Shown here: positions 56,597-64,000 of the stretch, piece by piece | How the letters are laid out: the number at the start of each line of letters is the position of its first letter | Numbering within the stretch: the first letter of the stretch is position 1 | Source of the DNA: Planctomycetaceae bacterium | GTDB lineage: Bacteria > Planctomycetota > Planctomycetia > Pirellulales > UBA1268 | Assembly: GCA_021300535.1 (NCBI GenBank) | Contig: JAJTED010000019.1 | Span: 6,367-70,366 of the forward strand | DNA length: 64,000 nt | Direction of reading: 5' to 3' | Made by a program: the position numbers and the translations under genes | The notes under the pieces: model-generated | Seen by the model: the letters and a program-made list of their open reading frames with translations, nothing else | The model's database searches: none | Told to the model about the DNA's origin: nothing

Positions 56597-58201
56597 ATGA
56601 AACAGGAAATGCTGATCAATGTGTCGCAGCCGGAGGAGTGCCGGATCGCGATCATGGAGGACGGGCTGCTGGAGGAGCTGTACGTCGAGCGGACCAGCCA
56701 GGACAACCTCGTGGGCAACATCTACAAGGGGCGGATCGTCAACATCGAGCCCTCGATCCAGGCGGCGTTCGTCGACTTCGGCGTCGGCCGCAACGGGTTT
56801 CTGCACATCAGCGACGTGGAGCCGCAGTACTACCGCCAGGGCGGGCTCGACCCCGACAAGGCCTTCGACATCGAGCCGCCGTCCCGCGGCGGTGAGCCGG
56901 CCGAGGCCGACGCGGCCCGCACGGCCACCCGCCGCAAGCCGCGGATCGGTGATCGCCCCCGGGTCAAGCCGCCGATCCAGGACATCCTCCGCCGCGGCGA
57001 CGAGGTGCTCGTGCAGGTCATCAAGGAGGGCTTTGGCACCAAGGGGCCGACGCTCTCCACCTACATATCGATTCCCGGCCGGTATCTCGTGCTCATGCCC
57101 CCGCTGGGCCGCGTGGGCATCTCCAAGAAGATCGACGACGAGCGCGACCGGCGCGTGCTCCGCGACATCATGCTCGACCTGCAGCCTCCCAAGGGCGTGG
57201 GCTTCGTGGTCCGCACCGCGGGCACCGAGCGGACGAAGTCGGAGATGGCCCGCGACATGGCCTACCTGCTCAATCTCTGGAAGAGCATCGTGCGGCGGAT
57301 GCGGAAGTATTCCGCGCCGATCGACATCTACCAGGAGAGCGACATGATCATCCGCACGATCCGTGACATGTTCACGGAAGACGTGGGGCGGATCCTGATC
57401 GACGACCCGGCCGCCTATGAGCGGGCCAAGGAGTTTCTCGAGCTCGTGATGCCGAAGTACGCGCCCCGGCTGCAGCTCTATGAGGGCAAGGAGCCGCTCT
57501 TCCACCGCTACGGCCTGGAGGAAGAGATCGGAAAGATGTATCAGCGGAAGGTGCCGCTCAAGGGGGGCGGGTCGATCGTCATCGACCAGACCGAGGCCCT
57601 GGTGGCGATCGACGTCAACTCCGGCTCGTTCCGCACCGAGAAGAGCGCCGAGGAGAACGCCTATCAGATGAACCTCATCGCGGCCAAGGAGATCGCGCGG
57701 CAGCTGCGGCTCCGCGACCTCGGCGGCGTGATCGTCAACGACTTCATCGACATGCGGAAGGAGAAGTATCGCCGCGGCGTGGAGAAGGCGCTGCACGACG
57801 CCATGAAGCGGGACCGGGCACGGACGAAGATCCTGCGGACCAGCCCCTTCGGCCTGGTGGAGATGACGCGGCAGCGGATCCGGCCGTCGCTCCGGAAGAG
57901 CATCTTCCGCGACTGCCCCACCTGCAGCGGCACCGGCACGGTGAAGACGGCCGAGAGCATGGCGATCGAGGTGATGCGCACGCTCCAGCTCTCCGCCACC
58001 CGCGACGACGTGGCCCGGCTCAACGTCACGGTGCACGACGAGGTGGCGACCTGGATCAACAACCGCAAGCGGCGGGAGATCACCCAGTTCGAGGACGAGA
58101 CCCACATCCAGCTGCACGTCGACGGCAAGGACGGCGTGTCGCCGGAGCACCTGGTCATCGAGGCCTGGGATTCCAACGGCCGTTCGATCCGCTTTCCGTA
58201 G
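56597..58201 (+). CDS. rng: Rne/Rng family ribonuclease (RNase G-like)
   Basis: S1 domain GNIYKGRIVNIEPSIQAAFVDFG..R.GFLH, catalytic AIDVNSG and DLGGVIVNDFIDM, and a zinc-link CPTCSGTG. Confidence 0.9.
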   Translation: MKQEMLINVSQPEECRIAIMEDGLLEELYVERTSQDNLVGNIYKGRIVNIEPSIQAAFVDFGVGRNGFLHISDVEPQYYRQGGLDPDKAFDIEPPSRGGEPAEADAARTATRRKPRIGDRPRVKPPIQDILRRGDEVLVQVIKEGFGTKGPTLSTYISIPGRYLVLMPPLGRVGISKKIDDERDRRVLRDIMLDLQPPKGVGFVVRTAGTERTKSEMARDMAYLLNLWKSIVRRMRKYSAPIDIYQESDMIIRTIRDMFTEDVGRILIDDPAAYERAKEFLELVMPKYAPRLQLYEGKEPLFHRYGLEEEIGKMYQRKVPLKGGGSIVIDQTEALVAIDVNSGSFRTEKSAEENAYQMNLIAAKEIARQLRLRDLGGVIVNDFIDMRKEKYRRGVEKALHDAMKRDRARTKILRTSPFGLVEMTRQRIRPSLRKSIFRDCPTCSGTGTVKTAESMAIEVMRTLQLSATRDDVARLNVTVHDEVATWINNRKRREITQFEDETHIQLHVDGKDGVSPEHLVIEAWDSNGRSIRFP

Positions 58202-58296
58202 GATTTTCTGCCCTCTCGACCGGGCAGGGGAGCGTCGTTATCCTCTGGGACTCGGTTTTTCATCCCCGTTCCCCCTGTCCCGACCGGATTCCAGCC

Positions 58297-58689
58297 ATGG
58301 CCAAGGCCGCACCTGACACCACCGCCTCCTCCTCCGCCTCGATGCAGGGCGCTGGCCACGCATACGCCATCGTCGTCGACGGCGGCCGGCAGTACATGGT
58401 CCGCGAGGGGCAGGAGTTGGAGATCGACTTCCGCCACCAGGACGACGGCACGCCGGTGCCGGCGGGCAGCGAGGTCGTGTTCGACGACGTGCTGGCCGTG
58501 AGTCAGGCCGGCCGGCTCACCCTCGGCAAGCCGAAGGTCAAGGGCGCCAAAGTGAAGGCCGAGGTGCTGGGGCTCGTGCAGGGGGAGAAGATCTACGTGC
58601 AGAAGTTCAAGCGGCGGAAGAACTACCGCCGCCGCACGGGCCACCGCTCGCTGGCCACGAAGATCCGCATCGCCAGCATCTCGGCCTGA
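58297..58689 (+). CDS. rplU: 50S ribosomal protein L21
   Basis: YAIVVDGGRQYMVREGQ...V..QKFKRRKNYRRR.GHR signature. The N-terminal 15-20 aa extension is uncertain (alternative start at 58342). Confidence 0.85.
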   Translation: MAKAAPDTTASSSASMQGAGHAYAIVVDGGRQYMVREGQELEIDFRHQDDGTPVPAGSEVVFDDVLAVSQAGRLTLGKPKVKGAKVKAEVLGLVQGEKIYVQKFKRRKNYRRRTGHRSLATKIRIASISA

Positions 58690-58733
58690 CCCCTCCGTGG
58701 CGGGCTGTGTCCACGGCACGGTACGATGCCGGT

Positions 58734-58985
58734 ATGGACATGGCAGACCCGAGTGTCGAGGCCCGGTTCCGTGCCGCCCAGGATGCGCTCCCCGCGCACG
58801 TCCGAGTCGCCCGGGCCGCCGCGATGTTCCTCTGGGCTCGCGACCTGATTCGCCGCGAGATCCGCGCCCGTCAGGGCGGCCTGTCGGTGGAGCAGTTGAA
58901 GTGGGAGACGGCGATGCGGCTGTACGGCGCCGATGCTGCGTCGCGGCGTCTGATCCAGCGGATGCTCGATCATGTATCCGGCTGA
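58734..58985 (+). CDS. small hypothetical protein upstream of the nucleotidyltransferase (candidate antitoxin-like partner)
   Basis: 84-aa helical ORF (the GTG alternative at 58707 gives 92 aa). Its 3' end overlaps the next gene by 14 nt. I recognised no family. Confidence 0.35.
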   Translation: MDMADPSVEARFRAAQDALPAHVRVARAAAMFLWARDLIRREIRARQGGLSVEQLKWETAMRLYGADAASRRLIQRMLDHVSG

Positions 58986-59547
58986 GATCTTTCGTGACAC
59001 GCTGTCGCGGTTGCTCGCCGTCCTGACCCGTCACGCCGTGCGGTTTCATCTCACCGGCGGCATCACGAGCGTGGCCTACGGCGAGCCGCGGATGACGCAG
59101 GATATCGATCTCGTGGTCGACAACCCGGCGCTGGCCCGCTGCCTCGATGCCTTCCTGGCCGCCGCCACGCAGGCCGGCTTCCTACTCGATACCGACGCCG
59201 TGCGCAGGGCCGTCGCTGACCGGTCGATGTTTCAGCTCTTCGACCTGGCGGAGGCGTTGAAGATCGACGTCTACCCGCGGGAAATGATTCCCGGTGAATT
59301 GGACCGCTCGATCCGGCTCGAGGTCTTCGAGGGCCTGTCGCTCCCGGTGGTGTCGAGACCCGACGCCGCGGCGTCGAAACTGGCGTGGGCGGCGAAGGGA
59401 AGCCACAAGAGCCGCCGTGACCTGCGGCAGATCGTGCGGCTCATGCCGGCGGCGGAACGTCCCGAACTCGATCGCCTCGCGGGCCTTCTGGGCCTGAAGA
59501 CCTTGTTCGCCGAGATTCTCGCTGAACCGGACGAGCTGTCCGGCTAG
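58972..59547 (+). CDS. minimal nucleotidyltransferase-fold protein
   Basis: HLTGGITSVAYGEPRMTQDIDLVVD matches the G[GS]-x(9-13)-D-x-D polymerase-beta-type NTase signature. At 191 aa, its size and pairing with a small upstream ORF resemble NTase toxin-antitoxin-type modules. Confidence 0.6.
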   Translation: MYPAEIFRDTLSRLLAVLTRHAVRFHLTGGITSVAYGEPRMTQDIDLVVDNPALARCLDAFLAAATQAGFLLDTDAVRRAVADRSMFQLFDLAEALKIDVYPREMIPGELDRSIRLEVFEGLSLPVVSRPDAAASKLAWAAKGSHKSRRDLRQIVRLMPAAERPELDRLAGLLGLKTLFAEILAEPDELSG

Positions 59548-59584
59548 AGCGCATCTGACTTTGGTGGAGCACCGGCTGCGGGGG
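59544..59584 (+). repeat. 41-bp direct repeat, copy 1
   Basis: ctagagcgcatctgactttggtggagcaccggctgcggggg is identical to 59702..59742. It contains the NTase gene stop codon. Confidence 0.85.
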
Positions 59585-59701
59585 CGGCAAAAGTCTCCTC
59601 GCTGTGGCCGCGACGGCCACACGCTCGTCGAGCGTTCGCCGCCCCCCTCGCCTACCTATCCCGATGTGTCCGAGCAACGCTACACGTAGGCCAGAACCGC
59701 T

Positions 59702-59742
59702 CTAGAGCGCATCTGACTTTGGTGGAGCACCGGCTGCGGGGG
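59702..59742 (+). repeat. 41-bp direct repeat, copy 2
   Basis: Perfect second copy 158 bp downstream. It ends 12 nt before the stop of the convergent gene at 59754. Confidence 0.85.
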
Positions 59743-59753
59743 TGGAGGTTCAT

Positions 59754-61463
59754 TCAGGGCCGGGCGCGAAGCCGTTCGAGGATCGGGCTGCCGGGCAGCG
59801 GCAGGCGGACGACGACGTCGGTCGTCTTCGCGTCGCCGAGGTGCGGCGACTTTTCCATCCACTCGCCGGCGACGATCGGCGTGGAATAGTCCGTGCCGCC
59901 GTCGTCACGGCCGTTCGGGCCGATGCTGGAGAGCAGGTATCCGGCGCCGCGGCGCTCGTAGACGAACGGCCCGCCGCAGAACGGATCGGTCGGCAGTCGG
60001 TCCAGATACCGGGGCACGAGATCGTCGAGCCGTTCGGGATACGTGGTCGCTGCGCCGCCGGCAGCGCGGCAAGCCGCCAGGGCCGCCGCCACGCGGGTGA
60101 GTTCGAAAAAGGCCTCGCAGCGAGTGACGGTGGCATCGGCTGACGCCATCACGGGACACAGCACCGCATTCAGACGACGTGCGATCCGCCCACTACGGAC
60201 GCCGCGGTTGAGCAGCAACCGGCAGGTGTCGGCGAGTTTCGCGGCCGGGCCCAGGCCGGAAACGGCAGCCTGCCATCCGGCATCCAGCCGAACGAGTTCT
60301 CGCTCACGGTCCTGCCAGGCGGGCACGCGCAGGGCCTGCTCCAGGGCGGCGTACGCGGCGTTGACGTCCTCGAGGATCACGTTGCCGTCGAGGCTGGTGG
60401 CGGCAAAGACGTCATCCATCACTTCGACCACATGCTCGAAGTGCTCCCGCCGCTTGCCCCGCGGCGCGGTGCATGCATGGATGACAAAGGCGGCGGAACC
60501 GAGCCGATCCAGCGCGATCATCTGCGCATGGGGCGGGAACGGCGGCAGGGCCTCCAGGTCTTGGCTGATCGTCGCCGCGACTTCGGCCGGCAGCCCCGGC
60601 GCGTCGAGCAGTTGCAGCGTCGCCGCGCAGGCGGCCCCCGAACAGACCACCGTAATCAGCCGGCCCAGGACCGAGCCGCCGTCCGCCGCCGCGGCCAGCC
60701 GGGCGAGACGGTGCATGGCCAGGATATCGCGCCACGCCACGGCCGGCCGGCCGTGGCCCAGGTGCCCCATCGCCCGCAGTTGGAGGACGGTTACGGCCTG
60801 CCGCAGCGGTCGGCCCAGATGCAGACCGGAGGACAGGACGGAGTCGCGGTTGCCGCGGAGCAACGTCGGGTTGGGAAGATAGAGTCGCGGTCGCCGAGAT
60901 GCCTCGCGCAGCAGGTCGAGCCGACCAGCGTGCGCCGCGAGCCAGGCGTCGAGTGCCGGCAGGTCGGCGGCCCGCCAGGGGTGGTTGCGGGCGGCGTCGA
61001 TCACGTCGAAGGGCGTGATGGATGTCGCCTCTGCGGGAACGCGGTCGGCCAGGATGCCTTCGATGGCCGCCCTGATCCCGGTATCTCTGCTGAGGGCATC
61101 GGCCTGAAACGCTTCCGGCGGCGGAGACGGCACGTCGATTCCAAGTTCCTGGCAGACCGCCGGCAGATCGGCGTCGTCGAGTTCCAGCGGCCAGAGGGCC
61201 ATGAGGAGCGGCACGGCGGCGTTGTCGTCCGGGGGCGTACCGCGGCCGGCGCGGGCCAGCACGTGGGCCGCGTAGTCGGGCAGGCCGTCGGCCGCCAGCG
61301 GTTCCGTGATCAAGGTCGTTGCGGGCGACACGACGATCGGCGTGTCGGGCCCGAAGAGCCCGTAGAGTGGTGTCGCCACAACGACGAGCACGAGCCCGGC
61401 CAGGATCCAGCGAAGGTCCTGGTACCAGCGGGGGCGGCGGTTCGGGGGCGGTGCGTCGGCCAT
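59754..61463 (-). CDS. hypothetical membrane-anchored protein with a GspG-like C-terminal motif
   Basis: N-terminal TM helix (WILAGLVLVVVATPLYGLF). The C-terminal DPFCGGPFVYERRGAGYLLSSIGPNGRDDGG resembles the DPWG.PY.Y....Y.L.S.G.DG motif of type II pseudopilins. The ORF extends to 61520. Confidence 0.5.
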   Translation of the reverse strand: MADAPPPNRRPRWYQDLRWILAGLVLVVVATPLYGLFGPDTPIVVSPATTLITEPLAADGLPDYAAHVLARAGRGTPPDDNAAVPLLMALWPLELDDADLPAVCQELGIDVPSPPPEAFQADALSRDTGIRAAIEGILADRVPAEATSITPFDVIDAARNHPWRAADLPALDAWLAAHAGRLDLLREASRRPRLYLPNPTLLRGNRDSVLSSGLHLGRPLRQAVTVLQLRAMGHLGHGRPAVAWRDILAMHRLARLAAAADGGSVLGRLITVVCSGAACAATLQLLDAPGLPAEVAATISQDLEALPPFPPHAQMIALDRLGSAAFVIHACTAPRGKRREHFEHVVEVMDDVFAATSLDGNVILEDVNAAYAALEQALRVPAWQDRERELVRLDAGWQAAVSGLGPAAKLADTCRLLLNRGVRSGRIARRLNAVLCPVMASADATVTRCEAFFELTRVAAALAACRAAGGAATTYPERLDDLVPRYLDRLPTDPFCGGPFVYERRGAGYLLSSIGPNGRDDGGTDYSTPIVAGEWMEKSPHLGDAKTTDVVVRLPLPGSPILERLRARP

Positions 61464-61480
61464 GCCGCGGACCCTACCCG

Positions 61481-63373
61481 TCACAGCCCCAGGCCGGCCA
61501 GCGGGCCGCCGCGGCGGCACAGTTCATCCACGCGGGCGGACACGGATGGATCCTCCTCGCAGGGGGGCGCGTGGTGCGGCTTGAGGCGGGAGTCGATGAC
61601 CAGCGGCCCGCGGCAGCCCCAGTGCTTGTGGTGCGTGAAGGACTCGACGCCATGCACGTCGGCGGCCGGGTTCGACCGCGTGAACGTGACCCAGAGGAAG
61701 TTCTCCAGGCTCGCAGCAGTGAAGGCGGCGTCGTCCACGACCACGACCAGCGGAAACGCCCGCAGCGGATGATCGGGACCGATGGCCGCGCAGAATCGCT
61801 CCATGTCGGCCGCCCAGGGCGCGGCGGCGGCCTGCGCCCAGATCGCCGCGTCGCTCTCCGCGGCGAGCGAGGGCCGTGGCTCGATCCGCGGGCCGGCCAC
61901 GGCCACGACGCCCGGCAGGCAGACGCGGGCATCCGTGAACCCGGGGGGCAGCGTCACGTCGGCCGGCAGGGATGTCGGGAGGGCGCGGATCGCAGGGCCG
62001 CGGGCGGCGACCACGAGCTTCGAGCCGGCGTTGAAGCCGGAGCCCGAGTAGTCGAGCGTGTCGATCGTGGTCTCGGTATGGAAGTGGCAGTCGCGCCGCC
62101 AGTCGGCCCGGGCGAGGAGCCATTCCAGGAACGGGCGGATGTCGTGGGCGTCGAGGCCGGGGGCGTCGCCGCCGTTGACGATGAACAGGTACTTGGCGAG
62201 CGAGAGCTGCCCCTGGCCGAGGATCGCGGCGGCCTGCGTGAGCAGCTCGGCGGGGCGGCCCGACGACTTCCAGGGCATGTACCGCTCGCTGCCCACGGCG
62301 AGGAGCAGGGGATGGACGCCCGAGGCGTCGACCGCATGGACGCTCGACACGCCCGGCAGCACGGTGGGGATCACGGGGCCGGTGAGCTCGTGGACGAGCC
62401 AGCCGAAGAGGGTGTCTTCCTGGGGCGGCCGGCCGACGACGGTCACCGGCCAGATCGCCCCTGCCCGGTGCCAGACGTGATCCACCCGCATGAGCGGAAA
62501 CTCGTGGCGGCGGGCGTAGTAGCCGAGGTGGTCGCCGAACGGACCTTCGGGCTTGGTCTCGCCGGGCATGACCGTGCCTTCGATGACGAAGTCGGCGTCG
62601 GCGTAGATCGCGGGGCGGTCGCGGCGGGCGATCATCGGGATCCGGTGGCCGGCGAGCGCGCCGGCGAACGTCAGTTCGGAGAGGCCCTCGGGCAGCGGCA
62701 TCACCGCCGAGACGGCCAGGGCCGGCGAGCCGCCCACGAACACGTTCACTTTCAGGGGCTCGCCCCGGCGCAGCGCCGCGGCGTGATGCAGGCCGATGCC
62801 GCGGTGCAGCTGGTAGTGGAGGCCCACCTCACGGTCGGCCGCGTAGTCGTTGCCGGCGAGTTGCACCCGGTACATGCCGAGGTTCGACCGCCGCGTGCCC
62901 GGATGGTCGGGGTCTTCGGTGTAGACGCAGGGCAGCGTGACGAACGGGCCGCCGTCGCCCGGCCATCCGGTGACATGTGGCAGCCGTGAAAGCGGGATGT
63001 TGCCCGCGAGCACCGCGCCCGTCCGCACCCGCTTGGGCAGCGTGGTCAGACCGTCGAGCGGGGAACGCCAGTAGCGGAGGGGATTCCGCAACGCGACCGT
63101 GGGATCGATCTTCAGCTCGACCAGCCGTCGCACGCGGTCGAGCGTGTCGGCGAAGATCCGCTCGATCCGCACCTTCGTGCCGTAGAGGTTGACGAGCACC
63201 GGAAAGTGGGTGCCCCGCGGCCGCGTGAAGAGCACTGCCGGGCCCCCCGCCCGGAACAGCCGCCGCTGGATTTCGGCGATCTCCAGGTGCGGGTCGACCG
63301 GATGCTCGACGACGACGGCCCGCCGCTCGGCGACGAGCGCATCGACACATGCCTGAAGCGAGCGAAATCCCAT
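61481..63373 (-). CDS. UbiD family decarboxylase (menaquinone/ubiquinone-type)
   Basis: GGPAVLF, NLYG, SNLGMYR.Q, GPFGDHLGYY and WPVTVVGRPPQED blocks. At 630 aa it appears full length. Confidence 0.85.
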   Translation of the reverse strand: MGFRSLQACVDALVAERRAVVVEHPVDPHLEIAEIQRRLFRAGGPAVLFTRPRGTHFPVLVNLYGTKVRIERIFADTLDRVRRLVELKIDPTVALRNPLRYWRSPLDGLTTLPKRVRTGAVLAGNIPLSRLPHVTGWPGDGGPFVTLPCVYTEDPDHPGTRRSNLGMYRVQLAGNDYAADREVGLHYQLHRGIGLHHAAALRRGEPLKVNVFVGGSPALAVSAVMPLPEGLSELTFAGALAGHRIPMIARRDRPAIYADADFVIEGTVMPGETKPEGPFGDHLGYYARRHEFPLMRVDHVWHRAGAIWPVTVVGRPPQEDTLFGWLVHELTGPVIPTVLPGVSSVHAVDASGVHPLLLAVGSERYMPWKSSGRPAELLTQAAAILGQGQLSLAKYLFIVNGGDAPGLDAHDIRPFLEWLLARADWRRDCHFHTETTIDTLDYSGSGFNAGSKLVVAARGPAIRALPTSLPADVTLPPGFTDARVCLPGVVAVAGPRIEPRPSLAAESDAAIWAQAAAAPWAADMERFCAAIGPDHPLRAFPLVVVVDDAAFTAASLENFLWVTFTRSNPAADVHGVESFTHHKHWGCRGPLVIDSRLKPHHAPPCEEDPSVSARVDELCRRGGPLAGLGL

Positions 63374-63469
63374 GGGCAGAACAGGAACGGGTGTCGGCCG
63401 CCGAAATTGGGTACCTTAATCTCCACAGTTATAGGCATCACCAGGTCTCACGACGGGAGAATTCGTTTC

Positions 63470-63880
63470 ATGGTCAGTCTCGCCAGCACCTATGAAGGCG
63501 GCCTCCGCTGCCGCGCCCTCCACGGCCCCTCCGGCACCACGCTCGTCACCGACGCCCCCGTGGACAACCACGGCAAGGGGGAGAGTTTTTCGCCTACCGA
63601 CCTCGTGGCCACGGCCCTGGGTGCCTGCATGATGACGGTGATGGGCATCGTCGCGGAGCGGCACGGCATCGACCTCACGGGCATGAAGGCCGAGACGGTG
63701 AAGGAAATGACGAAGCAGCCGCCCCGCCGGATCGCCTCGCTCCGCACGCGGATCACGGTGCCGCTGCCGGCCGACCATCCCCAGCGGACGGCGCTCGAGA
63801 ACGCCGCCCATGCCTGCCCCGTGCATGGGAGCCTGCATCCGGAGATCGACGCGGCGGTGGAGTTCGTGTGGGTCGGTTGA
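63470..63880 (+). CDS. OsmC family peroxiredoxin-like protein
   Basis: FSPTDLVATALGACMMTVM and NAAHACPVHGSL carry the two conserved Cys motifs of OsmC/Ohr. Confidence 0.8.
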   Translation: MVSLASTYEGGLRCRALHGPSGTTLVTDAPVDNHGKGESFSPTDLVATALGACMMTVMGIVAERHGIDLTGMKAETVKEMTKQPPRRIASLRTRITVPLPADHPQRTALENAAHACPVHGSLHPEIDAAVEFVWVG

Positions 63881-64000
63881 CGCGGGCGGTCCGCGCCGAG
63901 CGCGGCCCGGTGGTGGCGGCGCCGCTCGCCGCGCGGATGCGGCCGCGGCGGCTGGCCGCATACGTGGGCCAGGAAAAGGTCATCGGCCCGGGCAAACTCC
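63877..64000 (+). CDS. rarA: replication-associated recombination protein A (RarA/MgsA), N-terminal fragment running off the window
   Basis: PLAARMRPRRLAAYVGQEKVIGPGKL matches the RarA N-terminus (PLAeRmRPr.L.eyvGQ..l.g.Gk.L). The start is uncertain (TTG at 63877 or GTG at 63910/63913). Confidence 0.6.
   Translation, partial: MTRAVRAERGPVVAAPLAARMRPRRLAAYVGQEKVIGPGKL

Noticed and set aside
59544-59742. The 41-bp direct repeats as att sites delimiting the NTase cassette
   Set aside because: Both copies lie on the same (downstream) side of the cassette, only 158 bp apart. No recombinase is adjacent, so they cannot bracket the two genes.
58690-59753. Expected rpmA (L27) immediately downstream of rplU
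   Set aside because: No ORF in any frame shows the L27 N-terminal signature (MAHKKG.GS..NGRDS). The space is occupied by the small-ORF/NTase pair. Absence from this locus is noted, but it is not evidence that the gene is absent from the genome.
62860-62868. Fifth copy of the GTTGCACCC 9-mer, inside the UbiD gene
   Set aside because: It is an isolated single copy within a conserved coding region, consistent with chance occurrence. It is not considered part of the island's arm-site system.

Overview
High-GC bacterial chromosomal window. Lines I counted by hand were about 70% GC. The gene content points to Planctomycetota: a DUF1559/H-X9-DG pseudopilin-like protein, DUF1080, a giant PVC-type CxxCH heme-binding protein, a PEP-CTERM protease and many HEAT-repeat proteins. 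I can support about 60 protein genes, one tRNA, one integrated mobile element and several repeat families. I saw no rRNA and no CRISPR array.

Housekeeping content: purL-purQ, a broken tyrA, a DapA-family aldolase, an SDR, a broken galM, an SLC13 permease, hpf-ptsN-ptsH-ptsI, RNase G, rplU, a UbiD-family decarboxylase, OsmC and the start of rarA.

Main observations:
1. A 6.6-kb element is integrated into tRNA-Arg(CCG), bounded by a perfect 46-bp att duplication. It carries an integrase, two AlpA/Xis-like HTH genes, a DnaB-like helicase, a wHTH gene followed by three iterons, and a P27-type small terminase. It has no structural, TerL or lysis genes, so it looks like a phage satellite (PICI-like) rather than a prophage. 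Paired GTTGCACCC arm-type sites lie inside both ends. The integrase ORF crosses the att core, so excision would extend it in frame by about 80 codons.
2. At least five conserved genes (tyrA, galM, an HDAC-family gene, DUF1559, probably purL) lack roughly 40-60 conserved codons, usually with a frame change, and DUF1080 has a 1-nt shift. This recurrence looks more like stripped assembly gaps or mis-joins than biology, so it should be checked before any pseudogene interpretation.
3. A visibly lower-GC glycan-modification cluster (GT2, GT4, two methyltransferases, a sulfotransferase and a Coq4-like protein) abuts the island.
4. A pseudopilus cluster has three consecutive GspF-domain genes and four pilin-like genes, with no ATPase or secretin in the window.
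5. Two copies of a 74-bp structured repeat flank an intrinsic terminator. There is also a 41-bp direct-repeat pair and a roughly 100-bp palindromic element.
6. A small-ORF plus minimal-nucleotidyltransferase pair sits directly after rplU.

All family calls are motif recognition by eye on the supplied translations. No searches were run, and start codons are provisional.
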